From Clostridia bacterium (lineage in GTDB: Bacteria; Bacillota; Clostridia; TANB77; CAG-508): DNA of 64,000 bases. How positions within the stretch are numbered: position 1 is the stretch's first letter; the number at the start of each line of letters is the position of its first letter. Below the pieces are notes generated by a model that saw only the letters and a list, made by a program, of their open reading frames with translations, was not told where the DNA came from and did not search any database. The position numbers and the translations under genes were made by a program. The DNA is taken from the NCBI GenBank assembly GCA_017625465.1, contig JAGAKS010000019.1:651-64650 (forward strand). The letters are read 5' to 3'. This document shows, piece by piece, positions 38,608 to 48,859 of the stretch.

Positions 38608-39639
38608 CTACTTTAAATTTTGACGTCTTAATTGACCACAAGCTGCATCGATGTCTGAACCTAACTCTCTTCTAATTGTGGCAACAATTCCGGCATCATT
38701 TAAGTAATCTCTGAATTTTATTATATTTTCATTTGAGCTTTTAGTATAAGCTCCATCTTCTATTTTATTAATTGGTATTAAATTAACATGTGCAAGCATT
38801 CCTTTAAGAAGTTTAACTAACTCTTTAGCATCGTTTAGATTATCATTATTATCCTTTGCTAAAGCATATTCAAAAGAAATTCTTTTATTTGTAACTTTAA
38901 TATAATATTTACAAGCTTCTATAAGTTCTTCAATTGGATATGCGTTATTTACTGGCATCATTTCACTTCTTTTTTTATTATTACTACTATGTAATGATAT
39001 TGAAAGTGTGCACTGTAATTTACTATCAGCTAGTTCATATATTTTTGGAACTAAACCACTAGTAGATATACTAATATGTCTTGCTCCTATATTTAACCCT
39101 TTTGGATCATTTATAATTTTAATAGCTCTCATAACATTATCAAAATTGTCTAATGGTTCTCCAATTCCCATAAAGACGATGTTAGAAATTCTAATATTAG
39201 AATCTTTTTCAATTGCTAAAATTTGTTCAACAATTTCTCCTGACTCCAAACTTCTAGCAAATGGTATTCCTGTTGATGCACAAAATTTGCAACCCATTTT
39301 ACAGCCAATTTGAGAAGACACACATATAGTATAACCATGATGGTAGCTCATTAGTACGCTTTCAATTAAATTTTTGTCTTCATCTTGAACATTAAATAAG
39401 TATTTCTTAGTTCCATCCACAGACTCTAATTTTCTAACAATTTCAAAAGTACCAATTCTATATTTATCATCTAATTTTTTTCTTAAATCAATTGATAGAT
39501 TTGTCATTTCATCAAAAGTTTGAACTCTATCACTAAAAAGCCATTTAAATATTTGTTCTGCTCTAAATGGCTTTTCTCCCATATTTTTTAATTCTTCTTT
39601 TAATTCTTCGATAGTAAAATTTTTGATATTTGTTTTCAA
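38608..39639 (-). CDS. rlmN: 23S rRNA/tRNA (adenine-C2)-methyltransferase RlmN (radical SAM). TTG start.
   Basis: CKMGCKFCAST radical-SAM CxxxCxxC, and a conserved C-terminal Cys (DAACGQL). Confidence 0.85.
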   Translation of the reverse strand: MKTNIKNFTIEELKEELKNMGEKPFRAEQIFKWLFSDRVQTFDEMTNLSIDLRKKLDDKYRIGTFEIVRKLESVDGTKKYLFNVQDEDKNLIESVLMSYHHGYTICVSSQIGCKMGCKFCASTGIPFARSLESGEIVEQILAIEKDSNIRISNIVFMGIGEPLDNFDNVMRAIKIINDPKGLNIGARHISISTSGLVPKIYELADSKLQCTLSISLHSSNNKKRSEMMPVNNAYPIEELIEACKYYIKVTNKRISFEYALAKDNNDNLNDAKELVKLLKGMLAHVNLIPINKIEDGAYTKSSNENIIKFRDYLNDAGIVATIRRELGSDIDAACGQLRRQNLK

Positions 39640-39719
39640 AACTTAAGCCCCCGAGCTTATTAAATAAATATTAATCAAAAATATTATATCATAAATGATT
39701 TTTTTTACAATATATATAT

Positions 39720-41591
39720 TTATTTTTCTTCTTGACTAATCTTTTCTACTACATAACCTGCTTCATTTTGGAATAAAATTTTTAAATTTTCTTTATATGG
39801 CCATTTCTCATAATCATTTATTCCTTGAAAACTTACAGCATATTTCATATCATCATTACTTGATAATTCTTTTATGTGGTGCATTCTAGTATCTTGAATA
39901 ACATCTCTGTATTCTAAATTTTCACTAGAAAGTTCTGTTGTAACTGTTGCCCAACATCTTTCATTATATGTTGCAGTCATTAAAACTGTATTATCTGCAG
40001 TTGCATCTTTCAAATTTTCTCTTACATAATTTGCAATCTCTTGCTTTTCACTTGTGAAATTTAATGTTGCTCTTGCTGAACCTCTAAATTCGCAATTTTC
40101 AAAATAATACATTCCAATATAATTTGGAATAGCATGTTTTGTATTTTCTGGTAAAATTGTGCTTGCTTTTAAAACTATCATTACTACTACAAATACAGGC
40201 CATATTGTAGAATATGCTCTAATAAAATATTTTAATTTAGGAGTATCAATATATTCGTTAATTAAATTTACAGTAATTGTAAGTATAACAATCCATAAAA
40301 TAAAATATGTTTTATAGAAATAGTATGGTGAACTAATTGCTAATCTCATAGCAATATACATTACTAGATAAAAAGCTCCATAAAGAATAGCAAAAATATC
40401 TAGGTAATCTATATTTTCAATAATTTTTTTAGTTTTAAATTTTTTGAATAAATATACAAGATATAAAATACCAAAAGGTACATAGTAAACTATATCTCTC
40501 CATAATTCTTCATAAATAGCACCAGCATTTTTAATAGCATCTGAAAGTGGTTTTTGACCATTTATAAAATGTGCTGGAACAATAAAATAGCAAACTCCAA
40601 CAACAGCTACTGCAAATAGCACAAAGCCAACTGTTAAAGTAGTTCCTTTGAATATTTTTAAGTAAGATTTTCCTTCTTCTTTAAAATCTTTAATAAAAGT
40701 ATAAATACAAATTGTTGCAAAAACAATTGGAGCGAATAAACAATAAGAGAAGATTAATCCCACTCCTGTTATTCCAATAAGTGCAATTACAAAATTTTTA
40801 TTTACCTTTTCTTTACTATATAAGTATGGTGTAATAAGTAATGCAGCTATCGTTGTAACCATACCTACTGTTAAATATGAGAAACCATATAAATATGAAT
40901 TATATGGGTAACCATATATGTATAGGCAGTAAAAAGCCATAGATAAAACAAATCCAAGTTTTGTTTTTATTTTGTCCATAACCAAGCCATAGAATCCAAG
41001 TCCACACATAAACATCATTAAGCTTTCAAAAAATTCGTAAGTATGTTCATAAGAAATATGTCCATTTGATAAAGAATTAACTACGTGCATAAGTAGTCCA
41101 TCATTAACATAGGCACCTGTTTGCATAATATTAAAATCAAAAAATGTTTTATCTTCTACATTGATAAATGCCATCATAGTATCAGCATAATGTTTTGCTG
41201 CTCTATAATGAATTGAGGAATCTATTGCAATATGCACAATATCTCCTTTTTGTATTCTAACATCTTTTACAAGCATTACGCCAAACACGACTAATATTAC
41301 AAGTAATCCTGCAATTTCCATCTTTGAAAAATAGTATTTTTGAAAATCTTTATTTTTAACTGCTTTATAACCTAAAAATACTGAAAATGCTAAATTTATA
41401 ATTGATAACATTAACATATTTGAAGCTATAGCAAGAAGTCCAAAAAACATTGCTATTAAAATATTGTAACTAATTATTGTAAGTATTAATATAATTAACC
41501 ATTTTACAAAGCTCAATTTTTCTTCTGATTTTTTGTATAACATAAAAGATATACCTAAAATAATCATTGTTAATACATATATAAAATCCAT
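39720..41591 (-). CDS. Polytopic membrane protein with a C-terminal extracytoplasmic domain. It is a distant paralog of the two GT-C-like proteins at 44687 and 48860, and a putative glycopolymer glycosyltransferase or modifier.
   Basis: 623 aa, about 12 TM plus a ~150-aa C-terminal soluble domain ending ...NEAGYVVEKI, similar to the ...NVYIYKLAK / ...YIIYKIK endings of the paralogs. Confidence 0.4.
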   Translation of the reverse strand: MDFIYVLTMIILGISFMLYKKSEEKLSFVKWLIILILTIISYNILIAMFFGLLAIASNMLMLSIINLAFSVFLGYKAVKNKDFQKYYFSKMEIAGLLVILVVFGVMLVKDVRIQKGDIVHIAIDSSIHYRAAKHYADTMMAFINVEDKTFFDFNIMQTGAYVNDGLLMHVVNSLSNGHISYEHTYEFFESLMMFMCGLGFYGLVMDKIKTKLGFVLSMAFYCLYIYGYPYNSYLYGFSYLTVGMVTTIAALLITPYLYSKEKVNKNFVIALIGITGVGLIFSYCLFAPIVFATICIYTFIKDFKEEGKSYLKIFKGTTLTVGFVLFAVAVVGVCYFIVPAHFINGQKPLSDAIKNAGAIYEELWRDIVYYVPFGILYLVYLFKKFKTKKIIENIDYLDIFAILYGAFYLVMYIAMRLAISSPYYFYKTYFILWIVILTITVNLINEYIDTPKLKYFIRAYSTIWPVFVVVMIVLKASTILPENTKHAIPNYIGMYYFENCEFRGSARATLNFTSEKQEIANYVRENLKDATADNTVLMTATYNERCWATVTTELSSENLEYRDVIQDTRMHHIKELSSNDDMKYAVSFQGINDYEKWPYKENLKILFQNEAGYVVEKISQEEK

Positions 41592-41613
41592 TATTCTCGT
41601 TTAAATTCCTCTC

Positions 41614-42504
41614 TTATTTCTTCAAAATTTTTCTTATTGGCACTTCCACTAATAATTCTATTATTCTTATACCACGTAACAATTTAAAAATCAATACTTG
41701 AAATTTGTTTAATTTTGTGTATGTCTTGTGATAGTATATTTTGCTTTTATATAATTCTTTCATTTTTTTGAAATAAGTAAATGTTTTTCCTATTGTTTGA
41801 CTTTCATAATGCTTAAAACTTATATCATTTAAACTATATATTTCCAAGCCTAAATTTTGTACTTGTTTTGCTAAAATATCCTCTTCATAAAACAAGAAAA
41901 CATTTTCATCAAACATATTTATTTTATCTAAAACTTCTTTTTTTATTATAAAAAACGCACCAGAAATAGCTTCCACTTTTAATACTGGATTTTTGTAATC
42001 TGTTTCAGAATATTCGCCATTTCTTAAAACACTATAAAATAGCACTTCTAAAATTCTTAAAGAATGTACAACTTCTCTTTTGAACGTTCTAAATTTCCAA
42101 CTACTACGTCTTACCCAATTTCCATTTCCGTCCATCATTCTTGGAGCAACCACTCCGGCTTTTTCATTTTCTTCTAAAAATTTAACACATTTTTCAATTG
42201 CATCTTCTGAAATATCTATATCTGGATTTGAAATAGCATAGTAATCATATTCTTCATTTTTACTCTTTAAATAATTTATTCCAAAGTTATTACCATAAGT
42301 GTATCCGCCATTCTTTTCTGTTTGTATTACTTCTACTTTTTTGCTTTTTAATTCTTGCAATAATTCAAAAGAATTCTCTGGATTAGTAGATTTATTATCT
42401 ACTACTACTATCTTATCAATAACTTTATATTCTGCAATTTTATTAACATATCTTTTTGTATCAATAATATCATTAAAATTTACAACAATAACTGCTAGTT
42501 TCAT
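41614..42504 (-). CDS. Glycosyltransferase family 2.
   Basis: AVIVVNFNDIIDT...VVVDNKSTN and downstream GT2 features. Confidence 0.7.
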   Translation of the reverse strand: MKLAVIVVNFNDIIDTKRYVNKIAEYKVIDKIVVVDNKSTNPENSFELLQELKSKKVEVIQTEKNGGYTYGNNFGINYLKSKNEEYDYYAISNPDIDISEDAIEKCVKFLEENEKAGVVAPRMMDGNGNWVRRSSWKFRTFKREVVHSLRILEVLFYSVLRNGEYSETDYKNPVLKVEAISGAFFIIKKEVLDKINMFDENVFLFYEEDILAKQVQNLGLEIYSLNDISFKHYESQTIGKTFTYFKKMKELYKSKIYYHKTYTKLNKFQVLIFKLLRGIRIIELLVEVPIRKILKK

Positions 42505-43745
42505 TATTTACCTTTCTCTACTTTTCTTATAGTTACAGTAGTAAGTATTGTATACATTATAAATTGAAGTATTAATGTAGTTGCACATGAAATTGCTCCT
42601 CCATGTACTCCAAAATTTTGCACAAACAAATTTGATCCAAGTAATGCTATACCTGCTGTTATTAAATAAACTATAAATTGTGCAAAAGTAGTTCTCATTG
42701 TAGTTAAAACTACTAAATTTACATACGAAATTGAATAGAATATATAAGCTCCAATTATCAATGTTAAATCTAATCTATATGCTTTTAGATTTTCTCCATA
42801 AATTATTCCTAAAACTTCTGGTCCTAAGAAATATGCTGATAAAACTGCAAAGATACCGAAAGCAACAACACACATTCTTACTTTTCGTATAATAGCTTTA
42901 AAATTTTTGAAATCTTTTGCTGCATATAATTCTTTTAACTTATTTAAAAATGGTAACACAACAAATTGTGCAAATAATACCATAACCGTACCTGGCATTA
43001 CTATATACCCATAAATAGCTTGAAGCTCTTCTGTTAAATAACTATCAATAGCATATTTAGGTGCATTTAATACATATATTCCTAAAAATGAATTTGCAAA
43101 TACAAAAAATTCACTTTTAAATATTGATAAAACATTTTTGAAATCTACTTTTGCGGTGTTGTCTATAAGTTTTTTTGATATTAGTAAAAAATCAAAAACT
43201 ATAATAACAACAATATTTATTATAATCATTGAAATACATGCTAAAATTAAATTATGTGTAACTAAATCAATGATTAAAAATGATATAATTCCTACAGCTG
43301 ATTTTATTGTAAGCGACTCACCTACTCTATATAACAAATCATTTTTTTGTATAATTCCATAAAGTATTTCAGCAAAACTTTCAGTTGCTTTGAATATACA
43401 AAGTAAAATAAATACTGTTGTTTTATATGCTGGATACTGCTTTATTAATAAAAATCCAGCACCTAAAATAATCATAAGTATACAAGTAATTGATCGGTTT
43501 AATATGTAGTCTTTATCTTTTATTTTGTTTTCTGTATCTGTTACTTGGCATAATCTTCCTGAATACAAGCCTATTGTATATAAAATCAATGCTGTGGAAT
43601 ATGCAATAGAAAAAATTCCTGCATCAACTACGCCATTTACTCTTGTTACTATTATTAAATAAAATAATGAATTAAATGAATTTAAACCTGTACCTAAAGT
43701 GTTCCATATAAAGTCTTTGGCAAATTTCTTATTTTCTAGTTTCAA
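42504..43745 (-). CDS. Polysaccharide biosynthesis protein / Wzx-like flippase (MOP superfamily).
   Basis: 413 aa, about 12 TM, no soluble domains. It sits in the glycosyltransferase cluster. Confidence 0.55.
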   Translation of the reverse strand: MKLENKKFAKDFIWNTLGTGLNSFNSLFYLIIVTRVNGVVDAGIFSIAYSTALILYTIGLYSGRLCQVTDTENKIKDKDYILNRSITCILMIILGAGFLLIKQYPAYKTTVFILLCIFKATESFAEILYGIIQKNDLLYRVGESLTIKSAVGIISFLIIDLVTHNLILACISMIIINIVVIIVFDFLLISKKLIDNTAKVDFKNVLSIFKSEFFVFANSFLGIYVLNAPKYAIDSYLTEELQAIYGYIVMPGTVMVLFAQFVVLPFLNKLKELYAAKDFKNFKAIIRKVRMCVVAFGIFAVLSAYFLGPEVLGIIYGENLKAYRLDLTLIIGAYIFYSISYVNLVVLTTMRTTFAQFIVYLITAGIALLGSNLFVQNFGVHGGAISCATTLILQFIMYTILTTVTIRKVEKGK

Positions 43746-43760
43746 TTTTTTCTCCTTATA

Positions 43761-44672
43761 TTACAAAATACCAAATAAGAAAAATATTCTTAATGATATA
43801 TCATCTATTAATTTTCTTCTGATTTTCTTTGGATAAAAAGCTTTTTTTATTGCTTTAAAGAAATTATATTTTTCTCCTTCAAAAGTATCTATTATCTTTT
43901 GATTTTCAGTAGATAAATCTTTGTAAAAAATATTTTTGAAAATTGTTATTTGCTTTTTGATGTCTTTCATTCCATCACCTAAAAGCAATTTTTTTATTCT
44001 CCAAATTAGCAAAGTTACTATGCCTTGTCCTTCAACAGTTGCATTAGTTTTAGCTCTTCTATATTTTACTGTTACAACATCATCTTGTACAACATTTCCA
44101 AAAGCTGTACAAATCATATATGTCCACCAATCGTGAAAAAAACATTTTTCTGGAATATTATCGATAATATACTCTCTTGCTTTTTTGTTTATTACCATTG
44201 TCATCCCTTGATTTATACATTCATATAGAGAATTTAAGAAAGAAGGCTTTTTATTTTTACTATCACCTTTTCCTATAAAATTCATCTCTGCATCATAGTA
44301 ATCTACATTTGAAAAAGCCATATTAGGAACTCTATCATCTAACTTATTTAGAGAATTAACTGCAAGTTCTATTTTATTTGGAAGCCAAATATCATCTTGA
44401 TCTGCATAAGCATAATAATCTGCATCCCCACGTTTTAAAAGGTCGAAAAAGCTTTTTATAAAACCTAAATTCTTTCCCTCTATTAAAGTAATTTCTTTAT
44501 CTGTTTTTTCTATATATTCTTTTATTATTTTTACAGTATTGTCTTTTGAACCATCATCTCTAATTATTAGTTCAAAATTTGTATAAGTTTGAGCTAAAAT
44601 TGAATCTAATTGTTCTTTTAAATATTTTTCTCCATTATACGTAGAAAGCAATATTGCAACTTTTTTATTCAT
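43761..44672 (-). CDS. Glycosyltransferase family 2 (rhamnosyl/glucosyl-transferase-like).
   Basis: VAILLSTYNGEKYLKEQLDSILAQTYTNFELIIRDDGSKDNT. Confidence 0.75.
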   Translation of the reverse strand: MNKKVAILLSTYNGEKYLKEQLDSILAQTYTNFELIIRDDGSKDNTVKIIKEYIEKTDKEITLIEGKNLGFIKSFFDLLKRGDADYYAYADQDDIWLPNKIELAVNSLNKLDDRVPNMAFSNVDYYDAEMNFIGKGDSKNKKPSFLNSLYECINQGMTMVINKKAREYIIDNIPEKCFFHDWWTYMICTAFGNVVQDDVVTVKYRRAKTNATVEGQGIVTLLIWRIKKLLLGDGMKDIKKQITIFKNIFYKDLSTENQKIIDTFEGEKYNFFKAIKKAFYPKKIRRKLIDDISLRIFFLFGIL

Positions 44673-44686
44673 AGCTACTCCTTTTG

Positions 44687-46825
44687 TTATTTTGCTAATT
44701 TATATATATATACATTATCCTCGTGATATATTTCATTAAATTCCATATATCCAAGTTCGTTTATATCTCTATTTGATAAAATATAATCGACCCCTATTTT
44801 TTCTAAATCTTTATAATTCAAACTCCAAACTAAATAATCTGCTTGTTGAAGAGTAATCTCTGTTTCTTCATCTGTTAAAAATACTACATGATGTGCATAT
44901 CTATTAAAATCATACTCTTGCTCTTTCGCTTTATCTCCTAAAAGTTTTTCGTAAAACTCTAAATTTGGATATACACTTGTTGAATTTAAAGTTCTAAGTC
45001 CATTCGCTACCATATAATTACTTACTGCAAAAGCACAGTTTTCACTAATCCAAATTGCATCTGGATCTTGCTCTCTAATTTCTTGCATTTTTTTAGCTGC
45101 TGGTTTCTCATAAATGATATCAGTTGTTCTAATTATTGGATTAACACATAACCCTGAAGCAAAAGCTGTAAAAATAGCTAAATACATAAATGCAATTTGA
45201 CATTTCTTTTTGTTTAAATTAAAGATTAAAATAAACATTGGTATAAATACACAAGATGAAATAACAATTTTAGCTGTTGTTATATAGTCTTTTTCTGGAA
45301 TTTGAAGTGCTAATTCTGTAGTAGCTTTATACATTACAAAGCTTACAGATACTATTCCTAAGATTAACCCTATCCACCACTTCATCCATTTGTCATTTGG
45401 TTTAATATTGCCTAACACATATATTAAAATATAAATGTTCATTGTACCTAATGCTAAGCTTGCTCTGTTCGCAGTTGACATACTCATTAAAGTAATTTTA
45501 GCAAGCCACTCTGGGAAACCTAACCAACACCAAAGACCTAAAAATATTGATACAACAAGCATTGGTAATATAAATATAGCATGTTCTTTTTTTCTATTTC
45601 TAATTAAATATATTGCACCAACAAGCATTGGTATTGGATAGAAAGATAACATACTTGAATATTCACAAGCATTTATACATTCATCAAAAGCCATAAAAAT
45701 ATTATATACATATTGATATAATATTGAACAAAAACCGCCAAACTCTGTTCTTGCACCAGGATATGCAGTATTCATTGTTGCAGAAATAGCATCTGCTGAC
45801 ATTGTAAGCCATCTAAATACTAATATTCCAAAACAAACTATTGTAACTAATATCACTACTACATCATGTACATTAATTTTATATGTTTTCCAATTTTTTA
45901 ATATAATCCAAACTAGCATAGCTATCATAAAATATGCGAAAGCTATTTGCCAAGGTGGATATAAAATAAACAGATATGATAATAATCCTACTAATATTCC
46001 TAAAGCTGAAACATATTTAACCCATTTTTTATCTGTTGCAAAAAATAGATTCACTAATACTAAAATTATTTGTGACCAAATCAAACAATCTAAACAATAC
46101 CACCATTGTACTGCTGCTGAAAAAGTAATCATGACAGCACCTAAAAGTGAAATCTTTTTGTTTTTATTTGTAACTACCATACAAAGCTCAAAAGCTCCAA
46201 GTAACATTGCTACGAGTCTTACATACCAATAAAAGCTTAATCCCATACTATTTCCAAATAGCAAAAATCCTATTTGAAAAGGTTTTCCAATCATTAAAAT
46301 ATCAAGTACAGGTGAATTTACAAGAGTAAACATATCTGTTTTTGTTCCTCTTAAAGAATCTTGATAATATGAAAACTTATCTTCTCCTACACCTTGTGAT
46401 AATATGTAATCTGTTGAGCTGGCCCATTCATCACTTCTAGCTTGTCTTGCAATTCCTAGCAAAGTATGATATCTGCCAGTATCTATCTCTGGTTGAATAT
46501 AAATATTATAATTTGTAATAGATGAACCAGAATATTTGCCAATCATTACAAACAACAAAAAGGCACAAGCAAATTTGTACCTATGTTTGTATAAAAATTC
46601 ATACATCGTATTTAGTTTTATAATAAAATGTAGAAAAACTACCATTAAAGCAATAGCAATAAAAATTATTCTATTCTTTGATGGAAAAGGTTCTATTTTA
46701 CTGTAAATTTTATATTCAAAAATTACTGCTAACAATATTGCCAAGATTAGTGCTATTACTAATTTTGTTTTGACAAAATTATTTTTGCAGAAGAATTTTT
46801 TAATTCCCTTTATCTTATCTAGCAT
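44687..46825 (-). CDS. GT-C-type (YfhO-like) polytopic membrane glycosyltransferase candidate, paralog A.
   Basis: 712 aa. Conserved motif ARQARSDEWASST in the first periplasmic loop, more than 12 TM, and a C-terminal soluble domain. The 23-nt stretch ggatatacacttgttgaatttaa (44968-44990) is identical to 49149-49171 in paralog B. Confidence 0.5.
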   Translation of the reverse strand: MLDKIKGIKKFFCKNNFVKTKLVIALILAILLAVIFEYKIYSKIEPFPSKNRIIFIAIALMVVFLHFIIKLNTMYEFLYKHRYKFACAFLLFVMIGKYSGSSITNYNIYIQPEIDTGRYHTLLGIARQARSDEWASSTDYILSQGVGEDKFSYYQDSLRGTKTDMFTLVNSPVLDILMIGKPFQIGFLLFGNSMGLSFYWYVRLVAMLLGAFELCMVVTNKNKKISLLGAVMITFSAAVQWWYCLDCLIWSQIILVLVNLFFATDKKWVKYVSALGILVGLLSYLFILYPPWQIAFAYFMIAMLVWIILKNWKTYKINVHDVVVILVTIVCFGILVFRWLTMSADAISATMNTAYPGARTEFGGFCSILYQYVYNIFMAFDECINACEYSSMLSFYPIPMLVGAIYLIRNRKKEHAIFILPMLVVSIFLGLWCWLGFPEWLAKITLMSMSTANRASLALGTMNIYILIYVLGNIKPNDKWMKWWIGLILGIVSVSFVMYKATTELALQIPEKDYITTAKIVISSCVFIPMFILIFNLNKKKCQIAFMYLAIFTAFASGLCVNPIIRTTDIIYEKPAAKKMQEIREQDPDAIWISENCAFAVSNYMVANGLRTLNSTSVYPNLEFYEKLLGDKAKEQEYDFNRYAHHVVFLTDEETEITLQQADYLVWSLNYKDLEKIGVDYILSNRDINELGYMEFNEIYHEDNVYIYKLAK

Positions 46826-46847
46826 TATTAATCTCCTCTTTTGCTTT

Positions 46848-47888
46848 TTACCACTTAACCTCTAATTTTACTACATCAAGTAAAAATCTGTTTACCCAGA
46901 TATAAACACCAGGTAATCCCATTCTATAAAATAAGTGAACTCCCCATATACAAATAAATTTTAATCCTTTTGGGAAACAATGAGATAATTTGTAAAATTT
47001 ATTTTTTCTCCATCCACTAAAATTCTCATCAAGATATTTAATAATATCTTTTTTTATAGCTTTCATATCTACTTCTTTATTGTAAGAAACCATAAAAGCC
47101 CATGAAATTGCTAAATGTAAGAAAGCCATAGCCTCTAAATCATCTTTAAATTCTTTTTCAATTCCTAATTTTTTTGAATTCTCTTTTGTTACTAATAAGT
47201 ATTTTTTTAAATTTTCAATATCTTGAGCATTCATATTATGAATTTGTGAACTTGAACGCAAATAATAATGATATAAAACATCTGGAATAAAAGTCAATTT
47301 TTTTGCGCCATTCATATAACTATGTATTAAAAACAAAGTATCATTACAACCTCTAAAAGGTAAAAATTCTAAATTTTTAACGATTTCTCTTCTATAAAGT
47401 TTATTCCAAAGTGAAGGATTTGCATAAACAATAAAATCATCGTTAAAATCAACTTCTTTATTCATAGTTCCATATTGTGTCATTTCAGTAGATACTGTTT
47501 TTCCTGTATCTAAGTCTACTCTATCATAACCAGAAAAAGCTATATCTGCATCATTTGTTTTAGCAGCATTGTATAATTTTTCTGCCCATGTAACTTCTGG
47601 AACATCATCACTATCGATAAATCCTACATATTCTCCTGTTGCTTGCTTTAATCCATAAGTACGAGCTGACCACTCTCCACCATTTTCTTTGTGGAAAGTT
47701 TTTACTTTATTAGGATATCTTTTTTTATAATCTTCAATTATTTGTGGTGCAGAGTCTTTTGAACCATCATCTACACATAAAATTTCTATTTCTTCTAAAG
47801 TTTGATTTACTAATGCATCTAAGCAACGAGGTATATATTTTTCTAAATTATATATTGGTACTACTATTGAAACTTTTACTTCGCTCAT
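46848..47888 (-). CDS. Glycosyltransferase family 2.
   Basis: VSIVVPIYNLEKYIPRCLDALVNQT...VDDGSKD...FIDSDD. Confidence 0.7.
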   Translation of the reverse strand: MSEVKVSIVVPIYNLEKYIPRCLDALVNQTLEEIEILCVDDGSKDSAPQIIEDYKKRYPNKVKTFHKENGGEWSARTYGLKQATGEYVGFIDSDDVPEVTWAEKLYNAAKTNDADIAFSGYDRVDLDTGKTVSTEMTQYGTMNKEVDFNDDFIVYANPSLWNKLYRREIVKNLEFLPFRGCNDTLFLIHSYMNGAKKLTFIPDVLYHYYLRSSSQIHNMNAQDIENLKKYLLVTKENSKKLGIEKEFKDDLEAMAFLHLAISWAFMVSYNKEVDMKAIKKDIIKYLDENFSGWRKNKFYKLSHCFPKGLKFICIWGVHLFYRMGLPGVYIWVNRFLLDVVKLEVKW

Positions 47889-48824
47889 TTATTTTCTCCT
47901 GTTTTTTAATTCTCTTTCACAATCAATAAGTCTCATCTCAAAGTTTTGTTTTGAGTTTTTTATGATATTATCAAGTGTTAAACCTGCAAATAATGATTGT
48001 AAAGTACAAATAAATAATAACATACTAACTAATATTGATGGTACTTTTATATCTCCACTTTGTATAAATACCACTATTGCTGGAATTAAAAATATTAATC
48101 CAACAATTCCTATGATTAATGATATTAGTCCAAAGAAATTTAATGGTTTATAGTTTTTATAAAAACCAAAAATTGTTTTTATAACTTTGATTCCATCTGG
48201 AATTGTATTTAATTTTGATGGGCTATCTGCTGGTCTATCTCTATATTCAATAATTATGTTTTTAACTTTCAAGTTTTTATCTAAACAATGAATTGTCATT
48301 TCTGTTTCTAATTCGAAACCTTTGCTCATTACTGGGAAAGTTTTTACAAATTTATAACTAAATGCACGAAGACCTGTCATAACATCTCTAATATCACTTT
48401 TATAAATTCTATTTATTAAAGCTCTTACTGTAACATTTCCAACATTGTGAAAAGGTCTTTTATTTTCTTTGAAATATGTTGAAGATAATCTGTCTCCAAC
48501 TACCATGTCAACATCTTCTTCCAAAACTGCTTGTACCATTTCTTTAGTACTTTCTGCTGGATATGTATCATCACCGTCTACCATAATATAGCATTCTGCA
48601 TCTATTTCTCTAAACATAGTTCTGATAACATTGCCTTTTCCTTGTCTAGTTTCATATTTTACAATAGCTCCTGCTTCTTTTGCTATTTTATCTGTTCCAT
48701 CTTTTGAATTGTTATCATAAACATAAATTTTTGCTTCTGGTAATTCACGTTTAAAATCTTCTATAACTTTCTTTATTGTTTTTGCTTCGTTGTAGCAAGG
48801 GATTAAAACCGCAACTTTATCCAT
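47889..48824 (-). CDS. Polyprenol-phosphate sugar synthase (GtrB/CsbB/ArnC-like GT2 with two C-terminal TM helices).
   Basis: VAVLIPCYNEAKTI...YVYDNNSKDGT...MVDGDDTY, then two hydrophobic helices at the C-terminus. Confidence 0.7.
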   Translation of the reverse strand: MDKVAVLIPCYNEAKTIKKVIEDFKRELPEAKIYVYDNNSKDGTDKIAKEAGAIVKYETRQGKGNVIRTMFREIDAECYIMVDGDDTYPAESTKEMVQAVLEEDVDMVVGDRLSSTYFKENKRPFHNVGNVTVRALINRIYKSDIRDVMTGLRAFSYKFVKTFPVMSKGFELETEMTIHCLDKNLKVKNIIIEYRDRPADSPSKLNTIPDGIKVIKTIFGFYKNYKPLNFFGLISLIIGIVGLIFLIPAIVVFIQSGDIKVPSILVSMLLFICTLQSLFAGLTLDNIIKNSKQNFEMRLIDCERELKNRRK

Positions 48825-48859
48825 TTTTTTCTCCGTTCCGTTAAAAAATTTTTAACTAA